The notes under the pieces are model-generated. The model did no database searches. It was not told the DNA's origin and saw only the letters and a list, made by a program, of their open reading frames with translations. Positions 27,001 through 41,417 of a stretch of 64,000 nucleotides of DNA are shown one piece after another. This stretch comes from Catajapyx aquilonaris. Its lineage: Eukaryota. The stretch covers positions 1 through 64,000 of the forward strand of contig KZ538096.1 in assembly GCA_000934665.2 (NCBI GenBank), read 5' to 3'. Both the position numbers and the translations under genes were made by a program. The first letter of the stretch is position 1, and the number at the start of each line of letters is the position of its first letter.

Positions 27001-29034
27001 CGAGCGTTATGAGAGCGCTATAGTCTCCAATCTTTCTTACACTGTCTACGACGTCTACGGAAACTCCATTTGTGTAATGACCTCTCTTTAAAACTAATGT
27101 GTCTTCTATAATGTTAATCATAATAAGGACATTTACCTCTCCAAATTTAAGTCTCACTTTTCAATAACTTCATAATAATTATGAATGAATGGTTTTGAAT
27201 CCCCACATCATCCTATATAGTGTCTATTTTGAAAACATTCGATTAGTAATAAATTTATTTCACCATGTGAAGGTTGCCCACGAGTGTTAGGCCTATTCAT
27301 TATGCAATATTACATTATGCTCCATAATATAGTGTGAGAGTTATCTCGGCTCGCCTATACAACGTTTAATGCTGTATGAAGCTATTATAAAACCCATTAT
27401 GTATTTAATTGGAAAATAGAAAATGTGCAGGCCCAATGTCTTCAACATATAGTACTGATCGGCAAAAAGCAATACCGATTTCTATTATTCTCTCAATGCT
27501 TTTGTGCATGGCGTGAAAAATTAATATTAATTTTGGTCATATATCCAGCTTTTCAAACAAATGTGATTAAAACACATTATGCCCACATTATAGGCCGACA
27601 AAAAATGGAATGAACTTTCGAAATATAGCTATTCTACTAGGACGCAGCACATTTTTCGTACTGCGAAATAGTTACGGAGTGAGAAGACAATTAAGTTTAA
27701 GCGAAACAGCCAACAGCTCTAATTATTATTATAGAATGTGAGGAATTAATGTCAAGAATTTTTTGTTGATATCACAAAAGTGTTTGGTAACTCGTTTCCG
27801 ATAATTTCAGGGCAAAATAATACCGTATTAGTTGTTCCATAAAAGTTTGGCCCATCCTTACAGTGTCACAGCGGACTTTCTTGAGAATGCAGTGATGAAA
27901 GATGATGTTTTGTCTGTTAGGGGTTTAAATTATTCGAATTGTACAAGAGTTGTAATCATATTTCGGAAGTACTGTAGGTCCAAACCTCACACCATGACAA
28001 TAAAAATTAAAAGCCCTCTGAATAACTCCGTGAATGCAACCTTCGTCCAAGCTTCCAGATATGATCAAGGACTCAAACACTAAAATTAACTTAATAATTA
28101 AATTTAATTGACTGCTCAAAATATTAATACGATCCTTTCCCCACCCCCGCAGTAACATTTCGACTGTCGAATACCTGCAGTCTGAACACTGCAAAATTCG
28201 AAAATGCATTTTTTTTCTCTATTGCCGCAGACGAGGAGATTGACACTGTTCAACAAGCAAGGTCTACGAATTGGCAACGACAATGATTGAAGACTGATAT
28301 ACGAATAATTTAAATAATTAATAATCATAATAATAAAAATGTGGTGTATCCACACTGCATGCTCAGGGTCATACAGCCCTGTGGTGTGCAATTGTGGTAC
28401 GTACATTGCGCCACAAATCGCGAGTTTGAAATTATAAGCTTGCGACGTCAGTTTGGCTGAATGAATATTGTCATAATATTTGTATGAGGCAAAATCGTGT
28501 GCGTTATGTATATTTCAGTAAGAAAATCCAGAAAATCCTTTATTTATGATACGTGCAGCAATCGATCTGATTTTCTATTGCAAAAGTACATAAATTTTGA
28601 CATGCCGACCACGGATGGAAACTGTGGATGGAACATGTGGGTCTTTTTCTCTTATATGTAGGAGAAGCGGTCAGTCTTAAGTAATAAGCTCATTCGTGGG
28701 GGACTCGCGCAAATACAACTTATTGTTACAGTAATAGTAACTGCTGGGAAAGTCCAATAAACCCCTTAATGATAGGCCTGTATAATGTACATTACGCAGG
28801 TATGCGTCTTGAGCTTTATATAGGCTTCAATTTAGGATTTTATTGCTAACACTACGTCGGTATAATTATATTAATTAAAATATTTATTTTTTACTACCGG
28901 TAACTTCTTCACGCAATTTGGAGGACTATCCCAGTTAGTTTGAAATCGAAATTGAATTTTGAGATCCAGGTATTCACGCAGCATGTACATTATCATTTGA
29001 AAAATGGGATAATCAATGATTTTTTACGCATACT

Positions 29035-29120
29035 GGCGCTGGCGTGCAGTGGTATAACGGATAACGTCACTGGTTTCCACTTTTGAATTCCCAAGTTCGA
29101 TCTCCGGGTCAGACACACGT
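29035..29120 (+). mobile_element. Degenerate tRNA-like SINE head
   Basis: GCAGTGGTATAACGGATAACG (A-box-like) and AAGTTCGATCTCC (B-box-like); no intact cloverleaf. Confidence 0.35.
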
Positions 29121-30366
29121 TAAAAGAGTCTCCTCTCACAATCATAATCCACCATCATTGAATATGAATGAATAAAGCCGGGAATTAAAAAGAGGAGCCT
29201 CTTTATCAGATAGTAACATGTGCAAATTGTAAGAAGCATTATTTTATTCTGGTCGTGTCCTTTCCATATTCTCTTTCAATAGTAATAAGCATGAAGCTGG
29301 TTGTAAACTGAACCTTTTGTTGCAGGATCAATTTGGCATGCTGAAATAACTTTTACTTTTAGCACGGTTCTACCACAAAACCAAAACAATGACAACAATA
29401 AAAATGGTGCCACTTTTCTTCACAGTCTACATTGTGGGAAAAATTCGCCAATTTCCATTCCAGGCAATTACTGTACTTTATTCTGAACCGATTTTCGCGC
29501 AATAAAACAACACCTAGCTTTACTGTCCCGACCGTTTTTATTCAGCAAACGTCATCACAAGTTCATATCGTCTCATTCATCTACAAACCTGTCCTTCTTG
29601 AAGACGACTTCAGTACAAACTGGTGTGCCACCAACTGATACCGGACGAAGCAAGGTATAGATCAAACGCATAAAAATCTAGTAGAAAAGACTGCCAACAA
29701 AATGTTATTGGGCGAAAATAATGTGCGGACGCCACGAAAGGAACCGCAGCGCCAGTCCACATAGTTGGCTCCAGATTCCATAGATGGCAGCAAGCACCCC
29801 GTTTTCCCCACCTCCCTTTTCCAGCTATATTGTTGGGCCTCTTGGCAATCATTGCCGCTGCTAATTACATGGAGCACACGGCAAGCGTTCCAATGACTGC
29901 ACTTACGACCAAATAATGGTTCGCACTTCAATTGTCGAATTAATAAAGTGTTAGTGTAATGCGGTGTGATGCAGGTTGCAATGATTGCAATTGACGCGCG
30001 GAGTTAGTGGAAGGAAAATTCTATTTTGATGTCGACAAAAAAAATAATCATCATCATATTTGTTGCAAAGGTAGAAATTAGGTTTTACACAGCGAGATGT
30101 ACGCAAAAATTGCTATTTGATTATTTTAAGGCGAGCTAGTAGCTTAATATGCATACTTGCACTACGCTTTGAAATGTGGTTCAAAATGGTGTAGTTTAGT
30201 AAACTAGTAGAATAAGCCATGGCAAGTACACGTAAAGGCCAATGAGACCGGAGAGTACATGCGAATTATTTAAAATGGTAGGCTAAGTGTAAACTTACAT
30301 AACTACAGCCCAAATGTTTGACTACTGAGTTAAGAACCGGTTTCGCCAGGTTTCAGGTTCAGGGGT

Positions 30367-30471
30367 GGATTCATCAAAAATGTCGTAAGTCAAATTTTCG
30401 TCGTAACCGGTAGTTGCTAATAATTAACTAATTATGGTTACGACCGGTTACGACGAAAATTTGATGAATCC
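30367..30471. mobile_element. Short MITE
   Basis: TIR GGATTCATCAAA / TTTGATGAATCC, plus inner inverted pair AAATTTTCGTCGTAACCGGT / ACCGGTTACGACGAAAATTT. Confidence 0.7.
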
Positions 30472-33420
30472 CAGGTGCGGGATTTCCCTTATTATTAATT
30501 ATTAGGTTCATTGTTGCCAACAATGGTACATCCATACATGAATATGAATACTGCGCTGCGCTTGTGCAGTGCTGGACATATTAGCAGTCCCCAAATGTTT
30601 ATTTTTCGGCATAGGCCGATAGGCAGTGCTGGCGTTACGTGGCAATTAAGTAAACATTTATGGACTGTTAATACGTCCAGCACAGTGCAACCGGCCCTAA
30701 AGCCAGATTATTAAGAACTCCGATTTAACGGTTGTTATTCACTGTTGGCAACAATTATAATATTAAATCAAGAAGATAAAATAATAATCCGAATATTTTT
30801 AATTCTTGAGGGCGGGGAACACCGAGCTCGATGAGGATTTGCAAAAACTAACCGACATTAATAACAAGCGTGGTATTGTTGTAAAAGATTGGTATAGTGA
30901 TAAATATTATGAAAGGTTTATCGGAAATTATCAATTGTTGGCAACAATCAACCAAGAACTGATAACATCCGCTATAAACCACCGGTCGACGATCTACCTT
31001 CAGTGGTGCAACCCGGCCTTAAACCTAATTGCTTCAACTATACTTAACGGGCTTAAGAGCTAAAGGCAGTTCATTTGTTAACAATAGCTCGTAACTGTCG
31101 TTTATCTCTTGACATTCCAGAAATTCGCGAAACCGTCAGCGAACTCTGCATTAAAATGATGCTAACAACTCGTACGTGCATTTCACATCAGCATCTGAGT
31201 GTCAAAAAAGTGCACCACACGCCCTTGTTTATCTTAGGCCCAGTCATGGCATACCATACTTGAGCACAGGCTCTCTCTGCCCATCCGTGAGAGAAAATCA
31301 AGCCCAACTTAGACGGGAAGTGAAACTTAACCCTCACGTGGCTGGCTTCGCCACATATGTCTGTGTCATAGGAGGATTCAAAAAGCCCCCAAACTGAACT
31401 GGAGGTTTGTTTCTCCTGTTGCCTTGGTTGGTGCCAGTGTCTTACTCTCGGTAGGAAAAATAACCCTCTCCACTTATAATTAATCCCGTTGATTAAAAGC
31501 AAACAGGTCCCCCTTTTATCTTGAGGACGGAGGGACGGCAATGTCCCCAGCTTGTTCTGCTTCCCGAGTGCTGCTGACAGATGGATTGTCCATCAATACA
31601 TCTCGGTAGTAATTGCCAAGTAGTGTTCCATTGACACCCAGTGTAAATCAAAGCTGTTCCATATCAGGAAGTAGAACACTGTTCCTTTTCCTGGCCTTAT
31701 TTAGGAAAATGGTCCACGAAAGAAATATACGGCGCACCGGATATGTGAGTTGATCCGTCGCATTCATTGACATACTTAGGTTTGTCAATGGCGCTACTCC
31801 TACGTGACTACAGAACAAACACGAGTCTGAGACACCTCGTGAACCATGTCCATTTTTTATCCTGGGCCACAATAGGCTGAGGGAGGTTTTTCTAATCCGT
31901 CGCCTTCCCCAGTGACACGTTAGGTGGCATTGGAGTCGGATCAAGATATAGCTGTAGCGTGGTAGTTGACAAGGCTTGCCTGGAAGGTCCGTTCCCTGCT
32001 CCGGGTCTTGTTTATGCAAGGCAACGGAAAATGAAATATTGGGGGCCGCCCAAATGTGACTCTGGAAATGAGTCCGGGGATCAGAGCTCACAATCGTCCC
32101 CTTGTGTTCAGGCTGAATCCGCGCCTCCTACCTATCGGGGGCCTCCATCTTTGCCCNCCCCCCCCCCCCCCCGGTCCCCCCCTCGCTCTCTACACCCTCT
32201 AAATCCGACTCGAGCCTGGCTAATGACTAATGGACGCAACAGCAGCCTCCAGGATTTACGTCTTCAGTCTCTGGAGTGACGTAACGCAACATCTGAATAG
32301 GTTTACCATCGGACAAGATGGCGGACCAACAGCTGAAGGCATTCCCATCTAGAGTCACACACTCGGAACCTTACAATTTTTGCACCTACACACGCACCCA
32401 CGGCCTAATTATACCTAGAAATAATCACAAATCTCCTTCAGGACAATTCGTTACATATTATCGTCTTACATCTGTTTCTGAAAATTAATAACACTTCATA
32501 CCTAGAAAAGTAAAGCTTTATGATGAATAAAAATCCCTGTCCTTCTCCTGTTTCCTACGGTATATCACAATCCGCATGCACTTTCTAATACATGGCTACA
32601 AATGTTAGGCTTGTAGTAGCTGTCAACGCTTGTTTACGTTTCCATCGGAAAAAAAAGAACAGTGCATGTCGGCCAATCGTACACTAGACTAAGGTCTGAC
32701 TAATCACCATATTTGACGGTCGCGAATGTGTGCTGGCTGTTGAAGCAAAGACCTTCAGACAGCGTCGCGTCGCGATGCTGTGCAATGTTAACCACAAACT
32801 GTATACAATGCTGTAGTCAATGGGGGTTCCAGAAGCACGCCAACTATGCTGTCTATTCGTGTTCCTTCCTGCTCATCACCTTTACGCACCTGTCGCAGAT
32901 AATGACTACGACTGAAAGACATGGTCACTTCGACAGGTAACGATGCAGGAGAATTCCGATGCTTTGAATGGGATGTGGTCCGCCATAAATTAGGCTCAAA
33001 TCGCGGAAGCTTCCCCCTTTACAAACCAGATTCCAACTCTTGCCTAATTCGACTGGTAGAATTCTCCTCATTCTGTCTGTTGGCCTGTCTTCGGTGTATG
33101 GGAAGTAGGATTTAAAAGAGTCATTGTTCTCCAATTAAATATCCACAATAATAAAATAATTGGCACTTAATATTCAATGAACACTATGCGGTTCAAAAAT
33201 AGGACATAATCTGCCATTTCTGGAAGCACTTTATGTAGCAATTTCTAGTGAAAAATATTGCAAATTCACTAGTTACAAGTTAACATTTTTACATCTCAAT
33301 GCACAAATATTGAAAAACTATAAGTTTGACTTTTACAGAGAAAAATCGATCCTTTGTCATTTTCTTGCAACATCATTGTCGTCACCATCACGGTCACCAT
33401 TATTTCCAATAACACTGTGG

Positions 33421-33763
33421 TGTGGAGGTGTGGTGGTCGAGATGGTAACGTTTCGGCTTGCTGAGTGAAAGGTCCCAGGTTCGATCCCCGCCAGGGAGTT
33501 CCCTTTCACCTGCGTCGGGAGGGTCTCTGACCCACACCTTGGATGTGCCTGGCAACCTAACCTCCTGGGGGACTGCACATTACCCAATTTGAGACAATGC
33601 ACTTGCACCCGTGTCCCCTCCCCAAAAATCCTTATCTTTACCCTATGTCCTTGATTCCTTGAACCGCAGAATGAAGTAAACACACTCTAGAAAACTGATG
33701 GTGGTGTGCCACCCCACTATAAGGGCTCAGCCCTATCACGGGGTAAATAATAATAATAATAAT
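33421..33763 (+). mobile_element. tRNA-headed SINE with stem-loop end and (TAA)n tail
   Basis: TGGTCGAGATGGTAA A box and GGTTCGATCCC B box. Body GAGACAATGCACTTGCAC shared with the 6.2-kb SINE. End ACCCCACTATAAGGGCTCAGCCCTATCACGGGGTA(AAT)n. Confidence 0.75.
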
Positions 33764-33847
33764 GTACCAGCAGCCGGTCGTCTCCCCCTTAAGGCATGTA
33801 TAGCCCACTGGGATAAGAAAGAAAATAAATTAATAAATAAATAAATT

Positions 33848-33973
<126 letters not shown>

Positions 33974-33998
33974 TGATTGACTTGACTTGTGCACACGG

Positions 33999-34060
33999 AT
34001 GTGGGGAGACGGAATAGAGCTGCGGTCCTGGGTTCGATGCTAAGGCAGGGGTTTCCCCTT
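33999..34060 (+). mobile_element. Truncated SINE head related to the 6167 element
   Basis: ATGTGGGGAGACGGA is identical to the 6166 start and is followed by GGTCCTGGGTTCGAT (B box). Confidence 0.55.
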
Positions 34061-35172
34061 TTGTCTCTCCAACTTATAACTATAGGCCTACCTACCCGGA
34101 GAAACGCATTAAAATGACATCGAATGTCATCCCAACACTTTGAAACGATATTAATTTGTAGAAACATATTGTACTATACATCTTTATAATTATACAGAAT
34201 TTTTTTTAAACTATACGTAATTGATTCTTCCGAAGCCTTTGTTATACGTCAGGAATGGTTCACAATGCCTACAGGCTAGGCTATATCAGGTTATATGCGT
34301 TTTGATCGACACATACATACTCGAACAGTACCTTATCTTATTTCTACCCACCAGTAATGTTAGTGTACTACCATGACTTAATGACAGTCTCCCCATACGA
34401 CTAGCCTCAGTTCTGAAACATACTATTTATCCAGGCGCGAGTTATCGATCATGTTTTACCCAGCCTCATTGTTGGTGAACTTCTAGGCAAGTGAACCACT
34501 CAGTATATAGGCTCAACACTATGGTAGTGAACACCCACTTGGACGTAGTACGATAGGCCACTTCTCCACTACCAGTTGGCGCATAGGCTCCCTCTCTGCA
34601 CACTACTGCCACTCTCAAGAGGAAAGTATAGTACCTGCACGTTGGTGATGAGTCACCGCGCGGACAAAGACCACCAGCAGATTTCTACAACCAGCACGTG
34701 TGTCGCTTCCGTTGAAGGGTGTTCCAACCTCTCTGACTGTCTCCTGTCATTGTTGAACGGGGAAAGTGATAACTATGGTAACTTCACGTCAAAGTGTTTA
34801 TATGGGGAAGGAATCACGCATTATAAATTCTGTATGTGATGATGAGATTGCGCCACAAGATCTCCACAGTAACTGACAGTGGAGCCAATCGTTTACTGCA
34901 TATATTTGGAGAATATGCTTTTCTAGAAATTAATTTGACTGTTTGTTCCTGTTACAAAAGTACATAATATATCGTGGGCACTGATAAAGAATAGCAGGGT
35001 ACTATAAGTCCAATAGTCGATAGATGACATGTTAGTAAACAGAGAAAATCTTGACGTTCTGGCTCATTATGAATTAACTTATTAGGAATAAATGGTGTTG
35101 AACACCAGAACACGTCACTTAGGTCCGGTTTCATCGTCTCCAAAAAACACTTCTGACTGGAAAAGAGTCATA

Positions 35173-35379
35173 AAGGTGCTGTTTACATGTGAGCTATTTG
35201 ATCGCGCAATGGCATCGCCGAGCGGTGCATCACTGAGTAACCCGAGTAACCAATGTTGTTTGAGGTGAAAGTAACAATCGATTTTTGCCTCAAACAATAC
35301 TAGTTACTCGGGTTACTCAGCGATGCACCGCTCGGCGATGACATCGTGCGATCAAATCGCTCACATGTAAATGCACCTT
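35173..35379. mobile_element. Hairpin MITE, PIF/Harbinger-like (arms about 90 bp)
   Basis: AAGGTGC..TTTACATGTGAGCTATTTGATCGC...GGTGCATCACTGAGTAACCCGAGTAAC is inverted to GTTACTCGGGTTACTCAGCGATGCACC...GCGATCAAATCGCTCACATGTAAATGCACCTT, with TAA/TTA-type ends. The superfamily call is tentative. Confidence 0.75.
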
Positions 35380-35433
35380 AAAAGCATTTTTCGTCGCTCA
35401 CCATATTGTTGGCAACAATGAATAGCAAACAAT

Positions 35434-35505
35434 CGGTTCCAAGCAACCCTGTACACCGGTTCCAAGCAACCCTGTACACCGGTTCCACGAAGCGGTTCCA
35501 CGAAG
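35434..35505. repeat. Short tandem repeats (23-bp unit twice, then 13-bp unit twice)
   Basis: CGGTTCCAAGCAACCCTGTACAC twice, then CGGTTCCACGAAG twice. Confidence 0.85.
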
Positions 35506-36639
35506 TTCGTTAAATGCAGCAGGGTCATCGAAAAAGAATGTCCCAATTTTAAAACCCTATAACTCGAAAATTTGTAGACATATCTAAATTATTTGCGTCA
35601 TGAAATGCTAAGAAATGTCTAAAGTTTTGACCTCAACTTAGTTTCTTTCGATATTACCTTAATTTGTTGCTCAGCAGATAAAAAATACGGTATTCGGTCT
35701 CGAGCCAAACCCGCTCAATCATATCTGGAGTTACTAATGCAATCATATGTCTACCAATGCCATAAAAATATAAATACAAATATGTTTCCAAGTTTCTGGG
35801 GTCTTTTGTGGGCGAATGAACTTTAACAAAATTTTAAATTCGCAGCACTTTGACCCCCAAAATCCTAGGTCTCTACCCATAGTTTGCAGTAGGCAAATAA
35901 ACACACTCTCCAGCACCATTTTCGTAAAAAAAATATTAGTGGACCAAGAAAAACAGGCGTCCTACATATTAATTATCTTACCGCTAACATTCTCCTTGGC
36001 GCCGATACCTTATGAGCGGAAGTGATGACCTTGAAAAAAAGCCGTCAATTGGGCCAATTAGAAGAAACAAAGTAAAGCAATTCACACGTGTTGGTGAGAA
36101 TCGTCCCATCTGATATAAAAATCTAAAGCGGTATATGGTGTAGGCTAAGTCATGATTTTGTATTTGTTTGTTTGTTGGTCCTGAAGTTTAGAATAGCTCT
36201 GCCAAGTAAAATTCGTCCCGGTATATTTTTGAAAAATATCTAAAAAATGGCAAACAAAATTTGTTCCGTTCCTATGTGATTCACTTAAATGACCGCGCCT
36301 TCACTATACTGTCGATGAATTTTGAAAGCGGTTTAAAAAAGACGAAAACCCCGATAAAACCTATAGGCTTTATTATTGCGTATACGCAACAATAGAGATA
36401 ATTTATTAAAACTGTTTCAACATGAAATTAAGAACATCTTCCACTATAAATTGCGACGGAAGAAAAAACTATCCTGGAAGAGATCCTTTGCAAAATACCG
36501 ATCCTTGTAGTGCAAAATTGATTCAGTGCCCTCACCTTCAAACGCAGTGACCTCTTGACCTAATTTGTCATGCAGGAAGTGCAAGAAACTTTCTGGTAAA
36601 CACCATCCAAAGTAACTTGCTATAGTATTCCATATCATC

Positions 36640-36938
36640 TACCCACAATCTTGAACCGCAAGCCTACTACCATACCAGGTGTTCCAACTATAAGCTCAGT
36701 TCTAAATCAGTACGAACACCCTGCATATTTATTTTTAAAAAGCTACAACTTACACGAGGGCACTGACCGCGATCTTATCTCTCCAATACTATCGAATGGA
36801 ATGCATTACTTTGATCAATGCCCACATCATCCTTATGATCCCTTTATCAAGCATTACCATCAGACCCTGTCACCTTACGATACCTGTCTCCCACATCCGC
36901 TGCAACATACATAATTCCTAGTGACAACCTATCCCACC

Positions 36939-36989
<51 letters not shown>
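36640..36989 (+). mobile_element. Possible decayed 3' fragment of a CR1/L2-group LINE with (TTA)n tail
   Basis: The frame from 36668 reads YHTRCSNYKL...*PRSYLSNTIEWNALL, which resembles the SFxxRTIxxWNxLP end of LINE ORF2. (TTA)n follows at 36940-36989. Confidence 0.3.
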
Positions 36990-39900
36990 GAAAGGGTGGA
37001 TATCTTAGGGATGTGAGGTGTAATATTTTTGCAGGTCCAAAGAGAGCTGCAAATCGATAAACCGAGCATGTCTTGGTTGTCAGTCAGCGGCGCGATGCAT
37101 GGAAAGTAAGTCAGCCGGTGTTCTGGCTCGTCACTGACTCGAGACGGGACCGGCTCGACTGTCAACGACTGTCAACTGCCCGGCTCCACCAAGCATCGGG
37201 GGACCTGTCCATTGTTTCATCACACATGATAAATGAATGTCAGACGGACCCCTCGGCCGGAAGGGTCTCTCTCTATATATCCCCACCATTATTTTTTATA
37301 TATATATACCTTCTATGTGTTGGGTGGCACTGAAGCCAGAAGGGTCTCCCTAACAGAAAGACCCTGGTATGGGGCTTCAAAGATTACATGTGTAAAAATC
37401 CTTCTCTTTGTTGCCATGTGGAATGCTATCGTTCAAAATGCCGCAAAGTTGGGTTTAACTGAACGAAAATCGGCGGTAAATGAAGCTGAACAGGGCGTGT
37501 TAGAGGGAAATTGCAGCATAGCTCTCTGATTTTAATTACAAGAGTAATAGTTTCCTCGGCCCAGTGGAAACTCACAAGTGGAGACTAGAACAAAGTTTAG
37601 GAGGCCCTGAAACACTGTTGGTGGGTCGGGCGAAGGTTGGGGGTGTCTATAATAATTAAAGGTTTTGAGAAGAAAACTCTTCTAGACAGTTTGTTAAGAA
37701 AATGAAGGGTGGTTCTAACATCAGGCGGATACCCTTAAATTGGCTTGAATCAAATTTAGGGGCACAATGCTTTGTGGTCTTTTCCCCTCCTGTATTCTGC
37801 ATAAAAATTCTCCCTAGAAACCGTGTATATGCAAATAGGGAACACGCACTTGGTGAGGCTGGCAAAAGCCCTCCCTTGCTCCATTTCCCCCCGCAAAGCG
37901 ACTTTTATCGAGTTTCTATCGCCAAGTGTTCCCAAGCAGAGGGCGGATGTGCTAGCAATCAAGCAGAACACATTAATTAACTATTGATCCTATCCCCGAG
38001 TAGGGTTCCCTGGCCCATTAAATTCCCGGCATTAATTCAGCCCTGCTCATCGAATGTACAGGGTGTGTTCCCACCATTTGAATCAGGACCGCAATATTTT
38101 TTCTTATTCTTGGAACATGAGCGTGTCACATCCTTATTAGCACCAAGTTGGGGGGGGGGGGTCAAGTTTTGCATTTTATGGGACCTGTTTTGCATGGTAA
38201 TTGTCTGCCAACAACAGTGCGGATAGGCTGCTATAACATTAGCAGTTAATAATTTTAGCCAGCAGTTTGGCAACATTGCTGAGGAAGTTAAACATCAATT
38301 CTTAATTATTGGCTGTGGTATTTCGAGTGGGGGAAAAAATAATAAAGCCATTGCTTTTTTATGCCCCGTTATGGTTCGTCATTATTAGGACATCGATTCT
38401 TTCCCCCCCACTGATGGTCCTTGATTGTAACCATATGCAAATCGAATGGCAGGTCGATGATAATTATACAAAAAAAAATTGAATACATCAGTTTCCCTAG
38501 AATGTCACAGAGTAAATAAATGCACATATGACTTAATTGAAGTTTTGTCCAAATTAGTCTCAGTCAGGTTGACGGGGATTAAGGAGGATAATTCCCTGAA
38601 GCTGTGCGTATAGGTAGGCCCTACTGTGCCCCACCCCCTTGGTCCACATTGGAGAGCAAATGACCAAATAGCCGTGCGTTTGCTTCTATGTTCCATGAGA
38701 ATGGCGTTTCCCAGGCGTGCTGCCCAATTAAAGTAATGTGCCCGCCAATGATAAATCAGCCTTTGCGGTTCATGTGACATTTCGTGACAAAGTTGCCACA
38801 CAATTACCTGGTACCCATGATGGAGCATGCCAATTTTTTTCCCCCTCCTCCTAGTAGATGCCTGCTGGAAATTAATAGACTTCCTACTCGTGCCGATTCC
38901 GGACATGTTTGAGAATTTTGTGCTCTTTTTACCTGCAAGACCCGGATTCCTATAGCATGATTCTCCCCCCCCCCCCCTTTCCTCCCTACTGAAGCTGGCC
39001 ACCTTGACAGCGTCAACGCAAACCAGAATAGAAGGGATGCCACGCTTTGTATCAGTGGGGGGAAATGTACATTCATCCATCTTGATTTTCAGGAGGACCA
39101 CGCATGGTACAACCGACATCTAGGTCCATCGATCCCCATTGGAAAAATTATACATCCTGGAACAAAGATGGCGCTGCTCGAAAATTTCATAAGGGGTAAT
39201 TAGGTACTTGGAGAAGCTGGGAAGAATCAAGGGTGGTGTGGAAGGGACCCCCCAGAGCCCCCTTAACCACACGCCCTGCTTCTTCTCAGTGTTGCAGATT
39301 GGCACACGCGATACGCTCATTAACTGTCGGGGACTGGTGCTATAAGCTACTGTTCTGTAAGGGGACCTACAGAAATCCACGCCTGTTACATGCAGATTGA
39401 ATACAGCCTCATCTCGAGGGCCTCCTTGTGGGGATGAGGGAGAAAAAGGCTTTCAGAACAGGGCTCCTATTTCTTCCCGTTCCATCAACGTCGTGTTCAC
39501 GACGCCTGATGGACCTCTTTATTTCCTCACCTCATCTATGACGAGCAGTCGGGGTCACGTCAAGTGTAAGGTTCACAACTGACGTGAAGGTCGAAGGGTG
39601 TCAACCACCTTCAACGTCTCCAGACTTGTTCTGGCCAAAAATAATGTGCGGTGCATTCCAGCGTTACATGTCGCCATCATCAACGACTTGCAAGAATATA
39701 CCTCTGCAAGAACTTCGGAGGGTCGTGTTGGCGAGGGCGTATAGGACCTACTTCAGTTCGTTATCTTTGTAAATTAATTATGGAGTGAAATACCCACGCA
39801 TTCATCGCACTCTTATCAGATCGTATAACTTGCAGGCAAAAATGGAGCACAAGCGTGGTCGAAAGTTCTTCCCTGCGACGATGCAACATGACATGTGCAC

Positions 39901-41160
39901 CACACTAGCTTGTAAGTCCAAAAATCCAGCTTCGACATAATCAAATGCTTACATGCTGGTGAAGACAGAAAATCCTAGCTTGCTGGCTCATTACGCCCTT
40001 TTTTACAATGTATGCTACTACAGTTTTTACAGGGAAAGTAAATTTTAAAAAATATACGCAAATACCTTGCCGGTAGGTATTTTTTGCGATTGCCAAGGTT
40101 GACGCCTATCATCTGGTGGCCCACATAATAGGACGCGGTTTTAGAAAGCATTGCTGACATGCACGCTCGCGTCCTTCAGGACCCAGGACTTTTTCCCCCT
40201 CCTTTCCCTATATTCTTTCCTTGCCATTCTTGTTAATTTCTGCAATGACAGCTCGCATAATAAGGAAAAGCCCCAGTACCTTTCTACAATATTCATCACA
40301 GAAAACCAGATGGCCCCTCAAAGGACATACATTTCATCATTCTCTTTGTGTTATCAGCGGTGCGCTGTATTCGTCACGGGTACAATGGCTCTCTGAATGC
40401 TCTGTTATATGGGTATGTCGCATACACTCTAACATACTATGTGAGGCAACGTTTGAGAACTCAACCATATCAAAAAAAGGCTCTGTGGTATAGCTAATAA
40501 CCCGATAGCTCAAAACTGCTACTGATATCTGCTTGTTATGACTTGAAAAATTACATTTTTACGTTCCTATTTACACCTCACGGTCACATTCCTTAGCTCA
40601 ATTTAGTACTTGTAATATTGGACGATAAGATTTTTGCTACAAAAATTCTTAAACTGGTCACGCACCAATGAAAGTTGAGCCGAGTGGTAACAGATTGCGC
40701 AAGATCAGGTGTCCACGTCTAGAAAAAATATTAGTTCTGCAAGTGTATTATTATTCATAGAGTTTGAATTTAGTTTGAATTCCACCACAACTTACAGAAT
40801 GTCAATTGTCACGGATAGTACAATAATAGTGAGAGCCTTCGTGAGAACATGCCATTCTCAGAATATACTCCGGTCCCATAAATGGCAAAATAGTACATCT
40901 AATCTCACTGAAGACGAGACATCCCCCATTGTCACGCTTGTTATCATGGGACTGGAACCCCCCTTCGTCCTCGTCCCACTCTTCCGTGCTGGTGTAGTCA
41001 ACAAAGCATCCTATTAAAATTAACTTCCAACACTCGTTACTAGTTGTAACCAATATTAATGTGCTTAATGGTGTGCAATTACAATGCAATGAATTGTCAC
41101 GTCATAAAAATTGGGAACTGTTAGTTGATTGTTGTAAAAAAAACCAGTACACAGTACACA

Positions 41161-41417
41161 TGGAGGCATGGTGGTCTAGTGGTTACGCCACTGGCCAGCC
41201 AAGCGGGAGGCCGGGGTTCAAATCCCGTCCCCGTCACCTCTGCTTGGCCGGGTCTTTTTCCGCTTTTCACCCGACATGCCGGGGCAGAATTGCACTCCCT
41301 ACTCTGCCCAGTGCCAGGAGAAAAAGCCTGGTGTTTCAAGAATGTCAGAAATGACTACCGCACAGCGCCCTCCCTTGTGAATCTCCCATTCCCTATCATG
41401 GGGTATTTAAAAAAAAA
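41161..41417 (+). mobile_element. SINE with tRNA-Gly(GCC)-like head
   Basis: GCATGGTGGTCTAGTGGTTA...GCCAAGCGGGAGGCCGGGGTTCAAATCCC resembles eukaryotic tRNA-Gly. It lacks a 3' acceptor strand and ends CCTATCATGGGGTA plus an A-run. Confidence 0.7.

Noticed and set aside
39584..39597. 14-bp match GTGAAGGTCGAAGG to 46726-46739 near the ftz start
   Set aside because: Several 14-mer pair matches are expected by chance in 64 kb.
41165..41235. Possible tRNA-Gly gene
   Set aside because: The anticodon and acceptor stems are broken and it is attached to a retroposon tail.
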